The position numbers were made by a program, and so were the translations under genes. Below the pieces are notes generated by a model. That model was not told where the DNA came from. It saw nothing but the letters and a program-made list of their open reading frames with translations, and ran no database searches. Positions 27,332 through 37,458 of a stretch of DNA of 50,458 nucleotides are shown here, one piece after another. Numbering within the stretch: position 1 is the first letter of the stretch; each line of letters begins with the position of its first letter. The DNA is from a virus (taxonomy: Duplodnaviria; Caudoviricetes), in the IMG/VR virus record IMGVR_UViG_3300045283_000155, positions 1-50,458 of that record; one strand, 5' to 3'.

Positions 27332-27508
27332 TTGAGCGATGACATGGACCGGCGTCTGGCCAAGTTGGAGGAGATGCTTGCGGCGATCAGCGAGTTGCAC
27401 ACTTCCTACGGTTGGAGCGAGGAGTTCTGCCAGGAGTGCGACCCGATGCTGGATTGGCCGTGTCGGACCCGACGCATCCTGGATGGCATATGCGGGGACA
27501 ACCCATGA
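27332..27508 (+). CDS. Small zinc-binding protein
   Basis: ELH..CQEC..WPCRT; read by hand. Confidence 0.5.
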   Translation: MSDDMDRRLAKLEEMLAAISELHTSYGWSEEFCQECDPMLDWPCRTRRILDGICGDNP

Positions 27509-27684
27509 GCCGGGAAGAAGCCCGCCTCGAGCTCGCCGCCCGGTGGGGTGCACCCACCCTGATGCGGGCCGCGGCCGCTGAGTACATGCACGTCCGGGAC
27601 TGGTTACCGCCCCTCACACGGCCGGCGCAGGACCTGCTCGACGCGATGGTGGGGCGGGATGATGACGGGGGAAAGGCAGCCTGA

Positions 27685-28278
27685 ATGGCACGGATCCGCG
27701 CGGTGAAACCAGAGGTTCGGCGCAGCCTCACGGTAGGTCAATGGCCTCCGGTTGTGCGTCTCGCGTGGATTTATTTGTGGGGATACCTTGATGATGAGGG
27801 CCGCGGCGTCGACGACATGCGTCTAATCGTGGCGGAACTGTTCCCACTTGACCGAAACGTTACCGAAAAAAAGATGGACTCTTGGCTGCAGCTGATGGCA
27901 TCTACGACCAGCGCGGAAGATGACGAACCGCCGGTGTGCCGTTACGAAGCTGGTGGCCGAAATTACCTACATGCCCCGAAGTGGGCGGTACATCAACGGA
28001 TAAATCGGCCGCAGCCTTCACGGCTTCCTCCGTGCCCGTTCCATGACCATTCAGTGAATGATTCAGTGAACGATTCACGGAGCGGTTCAGTGAACGGTTC
28101 ACTACCCTCGCGCGCGCCCGCGGATCAGGGAAAGGAAAGGATCAGGGAACAGGGATCAGGGAACGCGCGCGCGCGCCTGAGCCCTGATTGGACCCCGAAC
28201 CGTTCGTCCACAACCGACCAGCGGGTAGCCGCTGGGTTGGATCTTGCTAAGCGTCTCGAACGGAAGGCCATCCAATGA
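27685..28278 (+). CDS. Replication initiator (replisome organiser-like)
   Basis: MARIRAVKPE..LDDEGRG..HQRINRP N-terminal domain; internal iterons. Confidence 0.75.
   Translation: MARIRAVKPEVRRSLTVGQWPPVVRLAWIYLWGYLDDEGRGVDDMRLIVAELFPLDRNVTEKKMDSWLQLMASTTSAEDDEPPVCRYEAGGRNYLHAPKWAVHQRINRPQPSRLPPCPFHDHSVNDSVNDSRSGSVNGSLPSRAPADQGKERIREQGSGNARARLSPDWTPNRSSTTDQRVAAGLDLAKRLERKAIQ
28049..28162. repeat. Iteron array, putative replication origin
   Basis: About 4.5 tandem 12-mers RTTCAGTGAAYG (28049-28103), then three GATCAGGGA. Confidence 0.7.
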
Positions 28279-28453
28279 TCGAGGAAGCCCTAGCCGTGTT
28301 TCGCGCAGCTGTCACCCAGTACTGGACCGCCGTAGATGCGGTCCACGGCGCTGACAGCGAATGGGATGGTTGCGTTCACTGCGATAACGCCGCGTGGAAT
28401 CTCGTGTGGGCTGCTCTTGACCTCGACAACGCCCTAGACCATGGGGGACGTCC

Positions 28454-28912
28454 ATGACACCCGCCGACGCGGCCCACCTGCTCGCCCTCGTCGCTGCATT
28501 CGACCGACGCACCATCGGCGAAACCGACGCCGTCGCCTGGGCCGACGCACTGGACGGATACACCCCGGACGAATGCGCCGAAGCGGTCCGCGACTACTTC
28601 CGCAACAGCGATGCGTGGCTGATGCCCACCCACGTCCGCGCCATCGTCAAAGCCAAACGTGCCGACCTCGCTGACCGCGCAGCCGCGTATCAGCATCATC
28701 AGGCGATCGCTGCGGTGCCCTACGAGCAGTCCGCGGCGCACAAGGCTTACCTCGAAGCGTCGAAAGTCCTTCAAGCTGCGATGGTGGCTAAATACGAACG
28801 CCTCGGGCAGCCCATGCCGGAGATCTCGGCCCATCCCTTCCGGCGGTGGACACCGAGAGCTGGTGACGCAGCGAAGGCGGCGTTGCGGGCCCGGCTGGAG
28901 GCCACAACATGA
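28454..28912 (+). CDS. Helicase loader/inhibitor-like protein
   Basis: LLALVAAFDRR..AWADAL..AVRDYF..WLMP; follows the initiator. Confidence 0.6.
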   Translation: MTPADAAHLLALVAAFDRRTIGETDAVAWADALDGYTPDECAEAVRDYFRNSDAWLMPTHVRAIVKAKRADLADRAAAYQHHQAIAAVPYEQSAAHKAYLEASKVLQAAMVAKYERLGQPMPEISAHPFRRWTPRAGDAAKAALRARLEATT

Positions 28913-29148
28913 CCGACACCGAGATCACCCCAACCTTCCCAGAGTTGGGCGCAGACCCGAACCGCATCATCCTGCTCATCCGCGAGATCCGCGTGTTGGA
29001 GGAGCAGCTGCGGCTAGCGAACATCGACGCGTTCAACGCCGAAGCGAAACTCGGCGAGGTGCGGCGGTACATCGACGAGGCCGATGACGTCTCCTCGTCG
29101 ATGCTCATGCGGCGTTCGCTGCGACGAATCCTGGATGCAACAACATGA
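28909..29148 (+). CDS. Hypothetical coiled-coil protein
   Basis: ATGA-coupled; flanked by 24-bp repeats. Confidence 0.5.
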   Translation: MTDTEITPTFPELGADPNRIILLIREIRVLEEQLRLANIDAFNAEAKLGEVRRYIDEADDVSSSMLMRRSLRRILDATT

Positions 29149-29384
29149 CCGACATCAACACTGGCGTAATCCGGACGCGCTGGCCTCTGACCGCGTGGCA
29201 TCAGGACCAAACCGCTGACGTCCACTATCTGTGCGACGAGGTGGACAAACTGACGGAGATGTTGACCGCAGCCACCGACACCGCGATACAACGCGGCAAA
29301 GCCATCGACGAGATTCGGGAGGCGTACCACCTGGAGCAGTGGTGGAAGCTTGACGAGATCCTGGACGGTGCCGATGGCGGCTAG
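29145..29384 (+). CDS. Hypothetical protein
   Basis: ATGA-coupled. Confidence 0.5.
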   Translation: MTDINTGVIRTRWPLTAWHQDQTADVHYLCDEVDKLTEMLTAATDTAIQRGKAIDEIREAYHLEQWWKLDEILDGADGG

Positions 29385-29518
29385 CCAAGTGTTGTATCCC
29401 TGCCCCGAATGTGGCTGGGAAGGTCCCCACTGGGAGTTCTCACCGAACGAGGCGGAGTGTTCCTCGTGCTACTGCGAGTTCAGCCTCGTCGATGAACGAC
29501 CGAACGACGGTGAGCCCG

Positions 29519-30238
29519 ATGGCGGTTAGCCCTTGCCCCCACTGCGGCGCCCCCATCGGCCACGTCTGGGTTGAGGGGCAATGTCTCAACGTCCCCGCCC
29601 ACGACCACCGCCGCGCCACCATCGGCCACCTCTGCCAACCCTGCCTCGACCGCATCAACGACCGGCTTGAACAGATCCTTGAGCTGTACGCAACCCTGCC
29701 GTTCGTCACCCCGATCGGAAGTGTTCCGGATGACATCGCCCCCCACCGGCACGTCAAAGGCGACTCAGCCCCAGCTCCGATGCGGCTGTCCGTCGTGGCT
29801 CTCCTGGACTCTCGTAACCACGCCACCGGGCACTACGCGACTGACGTGCCAGATGTGGCAGGCGTGCTCGACGAGTGGGCTAAGGCGCTATGCGACTGGC
29901 GAGGGTTGGCCGGCGCCAGCCTCAACAGAACTTTGTTCGCCAGCGTCCGCCTGCTAACCGCCCACGCCGCTCACGCTGCGGCCGCACCCTGGGTCGACGA
30001 CTACCAAGCCGAAATCGACTGGTGCTGGAACGCGCTGCGCAACGTTCACGGATTGTGCCCGCCGCAGGCGCGCCCAGTAGGCCGCTGCCCGTCCCAGGAC
30101 GGTGCTGGGCGCATGTGTGGCGGGGATCTGTGGCCGGACAAGGCCGGGGCCATGTCAGTGGCTTGTGGACGCTGTCAGCGTGTTTTCGGGTCCACCTACC
30201 TCCGCCATTTGGGCGGCATGATCGGAGACACCGCATGA
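29519..30238 (+). CDS. Multi-zinc-finger protein, possible late transcription regulator
   Basis: CPHC, LCQPC, GRCP..CGG.L..CGRC. Confidence 0.55.
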   Translation: MAVSPCPHCGAPIGHVWVEGQCLNVPAHDHRRATIGHLCQPCLDRINDRLEQILELYATLPFVTPIGSVPDDIAPHRHVKGDSAPAPMRLSVVALLDSRNHATGHYATDVPDVAGVLDEWAKALCDWRGLAGASLNRTLFASVRLLTAHAAHAAAAPWVDDYQAEIDWCWNALRNVHGLCPPQARPVGRCPSQDGAGRMCGGDLWPDKAGAMSVACGRCQRVFGSTYLRHLGGMIGDTA

Positions 30239-30444
30239 CCAACCACCAAACAACCACCGAACACGTCCCCGTAGCTCGATCAGTAGCCGTCTGCTCCTGC
30301 GGCTGGCGTGCACACCCACAACTGTTCATCGAGTGGGCCGAAGCAGATGGCCGGGACCACGTAGCGCGACCCGAGGCTCCAGCGAAGCCCCCTGAGGATC
30401 CGATCTCGAAGCGTCTCCGCGCCGTCTTGGACGACACCGCATGA
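30235..30444 (+). CDS. Small CxCGW protein
   Basis: ATGA-coupled; flanked by 12-bp repeats. Confidence 0.5.
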   Translation: MTNHQTTTEHVPVARSVAVCSCGWRAHPQLFIEWAEADGRDHVARPEAPAKPPEDPISKRLRAVLDDTA

Positions 30445-30731
30445 GCTACGCACTCTGCCCACGCTGCGGACGACGGTGGTCCGGACTGGCCCAATGCCAT
30501 TGCCCGACCTGTCACCGCCACTTCGGCGACATCAAAGGGTTCGACCGTCACCGACGCGATGACGCCTGCCTCGATCCAGCCACTGTGAAACGCCGCGACG
30601 GCAAACCCGCGTTCGAACAGACCATCAGACCGTCAGGCCCTGTTTGGCACGTGTGGTCACCGACACCCCACTGGAAGGCTAAAAGTCCCGCAGCGGCGAG
30701 ATCAGGAGTTGGCGCGGGGTATCAGGCATGA
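30441..30731 (+). CDS. FDxHR-type zinc-binding protein
   Basis: CPRC..CHCPTCHRHF..FDRHR..CLDP. Confidence 0.7.
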   Translation: MSYALCPRCGRRWSGLAQCHCPTCHRHFGDIKGFDRHRRDDACLDPATVKRRDGKPAFEQTIRPSGPVWHVWSPTPHWKAKSPAAARSGVGAGYQA

Positions 30732-30870
30732 AAGGCACCGATGACCAGTGGCGCAAACAGACAGCGGCGAACATGCGGGCAACCGCCGCGGTGCTAGCCG
30801 CCCGGATCACTGACCTGCGCCGCTGGGCCGATGAGCTGGACCCGCCGACCGACCCGACCGAGGACACCGG

Positions 30871-31161
30871 ATGACCCCAACCGCTGACCGCATCCAAACC
30901 GAAAAACAGCGCCGACGGGACACCATCGCATCCGACCGGGAACTCGTCATCGCCGGCCGGAAACAACCAACCCGCATCCAATCCCACGCCGACGAACACC
31001 CCTGGCCACTCATCTACCGCCCCAAAACCGACGAAGACCGCACACTTGAAGAAAAACGCCTCCGCCGAGCCACCCTCGCCTGCGCACAACGCGTCCTCGA
31101 CGGCAAACTCGCCCGCGCCGAGCTCCTCGAGCGGCTCGACCAGCTAGGCCTCCTCTCATGA
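30871..31161 (+). CDS. Hypothetical protein
   Basis: GAGG RBS; coupled to the next gene. Confidence 0.5.
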   Translation: MTPTADRIQTEKQRRRDTIASDRELVIAGRKQPTRIQSHADEHPWPLIYRPKTDEDRTLEEKRLRRATLACAQRVLDGKLARAELLERLDQLGLLS

Positions 31162-31364
31162 TTGCGAAATTCGTTGGTGGCCCAGCGGACGGCAAAACCA
31201 GGGTCATGAACGATGACGGGAAACCGCCGGCCAAGGCGCGCTTCGTGGTGCAAGGCGAACAACTCTCGGAACGTACCTACCGGCTCGTCCCCTACGGGTT
31301 CGCTCGCATGGAATCCGACGACGTCGCCTTGTACACACCAGAGCACCCGGAGCTGCTCCCATGA
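31158..31364 (+). CDS. Small GGPxDG protein
   Basis: FVGGPADG motif. Confidence 0.55.
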   Translation: MIAKFVGGPADGKTRVMNDDGKPPAKARFVVQGEQLSERTYRLVPYGFARMESDDVALYTPEHPELLP

Positions 31365-31557
31365 CCCGACAGTTGTCCACAATTCGTCCACAAGCTAGGG
31401 TGACTCCTACGTTCACCATGTCCACTGGCAGGTGGACGTACCGGAGTAGTCCGCCCAGTCGACCGGACAACTCCAACTCCTCCCCACCGTCACTTCCCCC
31501 GAGGTCACAGGTGGGGTGCGCGGGCTCGGCCCGTGACAAGCGGGCCGGGCACCGCCA

Positions 31558-31809
31558 ATGACCACCTACCCCTGCTGCAACGCAATCGGCGACATCCTCA
31601 TACGCCGAGAAAACGACAAGATACGAATCCTCAAAGCCGACCCACGCACAGCCGTGGTCGACGAACTATGGAACACCAACAACTTCGGATACCTGCAACA
31701 TCACGACGGCGTCATAACCATCCGCGACGACTTCGGCACCCAATACATTTACCGCGACCTCGGCCACTGCTACCTACACCAATGGCACATCATCGAATGG
31801 CCCGACTAG
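31558..31809 (+). CDS. Hypothetical protein
   Basis: Coherent ORF. Confidence 0.45.
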   Translation: MTTYPCCNAIGDILIRRENDKIRILKADPRTAVVDELWNTNNFGYLQHHDGVITIRDDFGTQYIYRDLGHCYLHQWHIIEWPD

Positions 31810-32127
31810 AAAGGACCTGACCATGGGATGGGACAACACCGCCGTTATCGCAATCCTCATCGAAGTCGGCGTCATCGCCCTCGCCGCACTCATCGGCCTA
31901 CTCCGCAAATAACGTCATGCCTTGGTGGGCGTGGATTCTTCTCATCATCATCATCCTGATTGTGGTAGGCGTCATCGTCCTATGACCGTTCGACCACTCG
32001 TTTCGCGCAACGACGACCGAACCATCTCCATCGAATGGTGGGGACCGCGGCACGTCGTACATGTGATGCTCACGCGATACCGATGGTGGATCCAGGTCTA
32101 CGTCGGGAAGACCATTCGGAACGTGAC

Positions 32128-32442
32128 ATGACCGCTCTAACCTTTCTTGAAGGTGTTGGTCACGCTGACCACTGCCAAATATCGGTAACCCACCGACCCC
32201 GCACACTCCGCTATGTGTGGCATCACATACTCCCGCAAGTCTGTGGTGGTAAAACCGGTGCACCAAACCTGATCAGCGTCTGCGACGGATGCCACTACAG
32301 CATCCACATCCTCATGTGGAACATGGCCAACAATGTGCTCAACCCGCCGCACATCAACCGTGGGCAACTTGACTACGCGATGCGCGGCTACCAAGAAGCC
32401 CGAGCCGCCGGCGTAGCTGACCGCATACCCAAAGAAGCCTAA
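32128..32442 (+). CDS. HNH endonuclease
   Basis: HHILPQVCGG..NLISVCDGCHYSIH. Confidence 0.8.
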   Translation: MTALTFLEGVGHADHCQISVTHRPRTLRYVWHHILPQVCGGKTGAPNLISVCDGCHYSIHILMWNMANNVLNPPHINRGQLDYAMRGYQEARAAGVADRIPKEA

Positions 32443-32749
32443 ATGGCCGGCGAATACCTACTAGCAGCAATCATCCTCCCCATCATCACCGCCATGCTCA
32501 TCTACTGCATCCGCGGCACACGCCCCAAACCCGAACCGCGGCGAATGATTGTGCTCACCAAACACGGCGACACCTGGCGATGACATTGACATGGACTCTG
32601 GGGAACTGGCATGTCGACGTCCAGCAACACCCTATCTGGCGTCTCTGGTTCGGTCGCGTAACGAAGGGTTCAGTCGTTCAAGCGCACCGATGGGGACTGA
32701 CTAAACGTCAAGCGTATATACGCGCCCTTAGATATGCGATCAACCACCA

Positions 32750-34171
32750 GTGATCGTCGTCCTGCTCGCCGTCGGCATCACCATCGTGCTAGCGCGACGC
32801 AGCCAAACCGCCCGCAGATGGCTCGCCGGTCAACTAGTCGACCCCAACCTGGACCAATTCAACCGGTCCACGTTCTTCACCGGTGACCCCACCGGTGTAT
32901 CACCGTGGACACGCGCGTCAGTCCTCGTCCGTATCGCTGTCCGATACGGCTGCGTCGCTGTACTCCTGCTCACCATCATCGGCCTATTCACCCAACGCAC
33001 CCTCACCGTCGCTGCCCTACTCACCGCCGCCACGCTGATCGCCGCATGGTGGGGTTGGAACATTTGGCGCTGGGCCACCACCCGCGGCCTACGCCGAGAC
33101 GTCATCAACCCACTGTTCGACGGGCTACGGGCAACAGTCGGCTGGGATGACGGCATCAAACCCCGCGACGTCATCCTCGCCGGCAACGACTACCACAAAA
33201 CCGGAGTAACACTCCTCCCACCCTCCGAATACCAACGCCTAGACCCAGTGTTAGAACACACCGCAATAATCGCCTCAAGAACACTCGGCGGCGAATGGGA
33301 ACCCGACTTCGACCTAATCGGAGAACCGACCATAAGACTCCAACACGCACCACCACCACCAGATAGCGTCACCTGGGACCAGCTTGAGCTGCATCTGCTC
33401 GCTGTCGAATCCAGCAAACTACTACTCGGCCTCGGGTCACGCGGCCGCCCCGTTGTTATCGACCTCGACAACGAAACACCACACATCATGCTGTCCGTAC
33501 CATCCGGCGGCGGGAAAACCGTAGCCGCCGAACTATTGGGCTGCCAAATACTCCACCAAGGCGGCCAACTGATTGTCATCGACCTAGACCGCGCAACCGA
33601 CTGGGTCAAAGACGGCGACCACCTATTACCCGGCGTCACCTACGCCCGCACCGTCGAAGAAGCCACCGCAACACTCGCCCACCTAGCCCAAATATTCGAC
33701 CAACGCAACCTCGCCGCCGACGCAGACCCCAACTACAGCCCACACCGAATACTCCTCCAAGTCGAAGAACCCAACCGCACCGCCGGTGCCCTCGACCGCA
33801 CAGCCCTAACCACCCTCCGCGCGCTCTCATTCGGCGGACGGAAACGACGCATCCACGTCATGGTCACCCCACAACGAGGTGTCGCCTCAATCTTCGGCAC
33901 CGTCGACGGCGGAGCAGCCCGCGAAAACTTCAAATACCGGGTGCTCGGTGGCGACTCCGACCAGGACACCTGGGACCTACTCGCCAAACAAGTCACCCAC
34001 CGCCCCGAACCCACCAAACACCGCGGCCGCATGTTCGTCATCGACGGCAACACCTACAAAACGGTGCAGGTTGGTTACCTCACCGATGAGCAGGCACGGG
34101 CATGGGCCACATCCGGCGGCCCTTCACCAACACCACCACCCACCACCCAACCATTCATTGGCATAGCATGA
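32750..34171 (+). CDS. Membrane-anchored FtsK/SpoIIIE (TraB-like) ATPase
   Basis: N-terminal hydrophobic helices; PHIMLSVPSGGGKT Walker A, LLQVEE Walker B, GRKRRIHVMVTPQR, ARENF. Confidence 0.82.
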   Translation: MIVVLLAVGITIVLARRSQTARRWLAGQLVDPNLDQFNRSTFFTGDPTGVSPWTRASVLVRIAVRYGCVAVLLLTIIGLFTQRTLTVAALLTAATLIAAWWGWNIWRWATTRGLRRDVINPLFDGLRATVGWDDGIKPRDVILAGNDYHKTGVTLLPPSEYQRLDPVLEHTAIIASRTLGGEWEPDFDLIGEPTIRLQHAPPPPDSVTWDQLELHLLAVESSKLLLGLGSRGRPVVIDLDNETPHIMLSVPSGGGKTVAAELLGCQILHQGGQLIVIDLDRATDWVKDGDHLLPGVTYARTVEEATATLAHLAQIFDQRNLAADADPNYSPHRILLQVEEPNRTAGALDRTALTTLRALSFGGRKRRIHVMVTPQRGVASIFGTVDGGAARENFKYRVLGGDSDQDTWDLLAKQVTHRPEPTKHRGRMFVIDGNTYKTVQVGYLTDEQARAWATSGGPSPTPPPTTQPFIGIA

Positions 34172-34175
34172 CGCC

Positions 34176-34370
34176 ATGACCGATCTAGCCAACGCACCCA
34201 AACGATTCATGTGCGAGAAATGCGCATCCCTCATGATCCGCACTGGGATCGGCGACAACATGAGATACCTAGCACCACCTAACCAACCTGATCCATATGA
34301 CGACGTTGATCCTGTCCGATGCAGTGAGGGCGGAGACCACGAACCGGTCAGGATCGGGATAAGCGCCTAA
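34176..34370 (+). CDS. Small Cys-containing protein
   Basis: CEKC..C..H. Confidence 0.45.
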   Translation: MTDLANAPKRFMCEKCASLMIRTGIGDNMRYLAPPNQPDPYDDVDPVRCSEGGDHEPVRIGISA

Positions 34371-34573
34371 TGGACAAAGACGAACAACTACTCGCCTACG
34401 AAAAGGTCAAACTCGCCGCACTCGGTATCTTCATCACCGGCTGGGCACTCGTTATCACATACCTGGCCGCCACAACTCCACCGACGGTAGGCATGCTCGG
34501 GGTGGTACTTGAGATGGTCACAGTGCCGCTACTGCTCACCAGCTCCATCCTCGAATGGCGGGCTCGCACCTAA
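34370..34573 (+). CDS. Two-helix membrane protein
   Basis: Hydrophobic segments; TAATG coupling. Confidence 0.55.
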   Translation: MDKDEQLLAYEKVKLAALGIFITGWALVITYLAATTPPTVGMLGVVLEMVTVPLLLTSSILEWRART

Positions 34574-34804
34574 ATGGACACAGACGCACGTATCGCTGCA
34601 GCACTCGAGCGCATAGCCACCGCCCTTGAACGACCCACCGTCCTACCCATCTACCGCAGGCATATCGAGAACGGCCAGGTAGAACAACTCCTTGAACAAC
34701 TGAAAGAACTCGGCACCAACGTTGTACCCGTGTTCATCAGCACCCACACCGAGGGCACCCAACCGAACGGGGCGACACCTCAACTGATGGGGATACTCAG
34801 CTAG
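34574..34804 (+). CDS. Hypothetical protein
   Basis: RIAAALERIATALE. Confidence 0.5.
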   Translation: MDTDARIAAALERIATALERPTVLPIYRRHIENGQVEQLLEQLKELGTNVVPVFISTHTEGTQPNGATPQLMGILS

Positions 34805-34946
34805 ATTGAGTACGAGTGGTTAGCGATGGGCAACGCCACGTGGCATTGCAACGCCCACGCTCAGGGGCACACCACACAGACGGGGGCACACCACATAGTC
34901 GGGGCACCCATCAGGGCATAGGGGTACACAGCCGAAGGGGTACACC

Positions 34947-35216
34947 ATGACCCTCACCACCGCACAGCGTGGATACGGCGGAGCACACCAGAGGACACGC
35001 GCACAATGGGAACCCATCGTCGCTCAAGGTCGTACGCTCTGCGCCCAACCGGTGTGCCTCTACCCCAACCGCCTCATCGACCCATGGCAACGATGGGACC
35101 TAGGCCACACCACCAACCGCGACACCTACATCGGCCCATGCCACATGCGGTGCAACCGCACAGACGGAGCACGACGCAACCGCACACACAGACACGGACG
35201 CTTACCGCTGTGGTAG
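34947..35216 (+). CDS. Packaging-associated HNH endonuclease
   Basis: RGYGGAHQRTR, WDLGH, GPCHMRCNR; precedes terS. Confidence 0.8.
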   Translation: MTLTTAQRGYGGAHQRTRAQWEPIVAQGRTLCAQPVCLYPNRLIDPWQRWDLGHTTNRDTYIGPCHMRCNRTDGARRNRTHRHGRLPLW

Positions 35217-35511
35217 TACGACGTACGCACACAACGTACGCACCTACCTGTACGCATAACGGACACAAACGATCAACACAGCCAGCACCCGACATCCACA
35301 CCTGACACCCACACCCGACACCCACACCACCCCGCTGATCCACCCCCCCTGTCGTCACCCACTGCCACCGGAGGAGGGACACAATAGGGGGGGAGGGGCC
35401 ACACGGAATCATGAACACCGCTGACTGCCTCTCAGCGCAAATTTACATCCACCGTTCAGGCTGTTACGCATCGTGATTGGCGTAACGGTGACGCTAGGTA
35501 ATGAAGGGCAG

Positions 35512-35895
35512 GTGCGCGTGATTCGTCGGTGCGACATCTGCGGTGAGGAGTATGAGGCGGTTAAGCCGTCGTCGCGGTATTGCTCGGCTCGGTGCCGGAA
35601 TCGGAAGGCTCGGGGCGCTCCGGTAGTGGCTGAATTGCCGAAATTGGCGGCTGAGGGTGAGGTTTCGGCGCTGTTCAGACGCGATTTGGAGGCTGCGAGC
35701 CGGTTGGAGACGCCGCGGGGTGCCCTCGCGATGGCAGCAGCGCGGCGAATCGATGGGTCCACGTCGTTGATGGGTTACTCAACCCTGTTGAAGCAGGCCC
35801 GGGAGCTGTTTGACGCCGCAATCGAGGGTGCGCAGGCTGTGAACGATCCTGTGGATGAGCTTCAGGCGAGGCGTGACCGCACCCGAGCTGGTTAG
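35512..35895 (+). CDS. terS: Terminase small subunit with N-terminal zinc finger
   Basis: CDIC..YCSARC; DPVDELQARR; overlaps terL. Confidence 0.75.
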   Translation: MRVIRRCDICGEEYEAVKPSSRYCSARCRNRKARGAPVVAELPKLAAEGEVSALFRRDLEAASRLETPRGALAMAAARRIDGSTSLMGYSTLLKQARELFDAAIEGAQAVNDPVDELQARRDRTRAG

Positions 35896-37321
35896 ACCCG
35901 CATACAGGTCGGTTCCACCGTCGGCGAAGACGTTGGGGCCTATTGTCGCTGATTTGGCGGCTGATGTGGCGGGGTTTGCGCCGGATCCGGAGCAGCGGAT
36001 GGCGTTGGATGTCATGTTCGCTACTCGGCCGGATAACAGGGCGGCGGCGTTTGAGGTTGCGGTTATTTGTTCCCGCCAGAACTTGAAGACGGCCTTGTTT
36101 CAGCAGGCGGCGCTTGGTTGGTTGTTTGTGACGGATCAGCGGCTGATTGTGTGGTCGGCGCACGAGTTCCGCACCGCGCAGGAGGCGTTTCGGGACCTCG
36201 CAGGGCTGGTTGAGGGCTCGAGCTGGCTTCGGAAACGGTTGAAGCGGGTTTACGGCGGCGCCGGTGACGAGGCGATCGAGCTACTCACCGGGCAGCGAGT
36301 AATTTTCAAGGCCCGCACCTCCGGCGGCGGTCGTGGTCTGACCGGTGACAAGATTGTGTTGGATGAGGCGTTCGCGTTGCAACCAGCGCATATGGGTGCG
36401 TTGTTGCCGACGTTGTCGGCGGTTCCTGATCCGCAGGTGGTGTATGGGTCGTCTGCGGGGTTGGCGCAGTCGGCGATTTTGCGGTCGATCCGGGATCGGG
36501 GCCGGCCGGGTGATGACCCGTCACTGGCCTACATCGAATGGTGCGACGACCTGCCCGGTTCCTGCGCATCACCGTCCTGTTCGCATGAACTAACCGCGTC
36601 TGGGTGCGCTTTGGATGATCGGGACCGTTGGGCCCGCTCAAATCCGGCCCTCGGCCGGCGTATCTCGGTGGATTATGTGGCCGCGGAGCGGCGCGCGTTG
36701 CCGCCGGCGGAGTTCGCCCGTGAACGGCTCGGCTGGTGGGATGACCCGGCTGCGGCACAGATCGTTATCCCCGCTCGAGCTTGGAATGCCCGTGCCGGGG
36801 CTGAGGGCCGCCCAGACGCCCCCGTCGTGTTCGCCTTATCGGCGGCATGGCCGGACGCCGAAATGGGCTCCATAGCCGTTGTCGGCCGACGCGGCGGCGA
36901 GGTGTACGCGCAGCTGGTTGAGTACCGGCCGGGCACCAGTTGGATGCCGGCCCGGATGCGTGAACTGCAGGATGAACACCACCCAGCAGCGACCATGCTC
37001 GACGACAAAGACCCAGCAGCGTGCGAGAAGGCAGCGCTTGTGGACGCCGGGGTGAAGCTCACACCGGTCACGTCGGTGCAGGCCGGGCAGGCGTTCGGCA
37101 TGATGATCAGCGCGGTGATGGGTGATCAACCCTATCTGCGGCATTACGGCCAGGCTGAGGTTGCTGCGGCGGTGGCTGGTGCAACGAAACGGCCGCTCGG
37201 GGATGCGCATGTGTGGGCCCGGAAAGGCCCAACCGATATCAGCCCGGTAGTTGCGTTCACCGATGCCCTGTACGGGTTGGCGACCCGCACCGCGCTGACA
37301 CCGTTCGTGCTTCTCGGATAG
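35873..37321 (+). CDS. terL: Terminase large subunit
   Basis: RQNLKT Walker A variant, WSAHEF, GRG, VLDEA, SNPALG, FARERLG, DISP. Confidence 0.93.
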   Translation: MTAPELVRPAYRSVPPSAKTLGPIVADLAADVAGFAPDPEQRMALDVMFATRPDNRAAAFEVAVICSRQNLKTALFQQAALGWLFVTDQRLIVWSAHEFRTAQEAFRDLAGLVEGSSWLRKRLKRVYGGAGDEAIELLTGQRVIFKARTSGGGRGLTGDKIVLDEAFALQPAHMGALLPTLSAVPDPQVVYGSSAGLAQSAILRSIRDRGRPGDDPSLAYIEWCDDLPGSCASPSCSHELTASGCALDDRDRWARSNPALGRRISVDYVAAERRALPPAEFARERLGWWDDPAAAQIVIPARAWNARAGAEGRPDAPVVFALSAAWPDAEMGSIAVVGRRGGEVYAQLVEYRPGTSWMPARMRELQDEHHPAATMLDDKDPAACEKAALVDAGVKLTPVTSVQAGQAFGMMISAVMGDQPYLRHYGQAEVAAAVAGATKRPLGDAHVWARKGPTDISPVVAFTDALYGLATRTALTPFVLLG

Positions 37322-37458
37322 ACAAGCGCCCCCGTACCGATGGGAGGGGGCGCTTGCTGCCAGAGGGCCAGGCCATGGCGTTGCTGGGTTTATACGGCAG
37401 AGCCAGCCGCCGGCTCCCCGCACCACAGGGATGCGGGGAGCTGTCCCGACTATACGAC

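Noticed and set aside
34864-34946. Mini CRISPR array
   Set aside because: Repeats of about 9 bp and spacers of about 10 bp are too short; no cas genes
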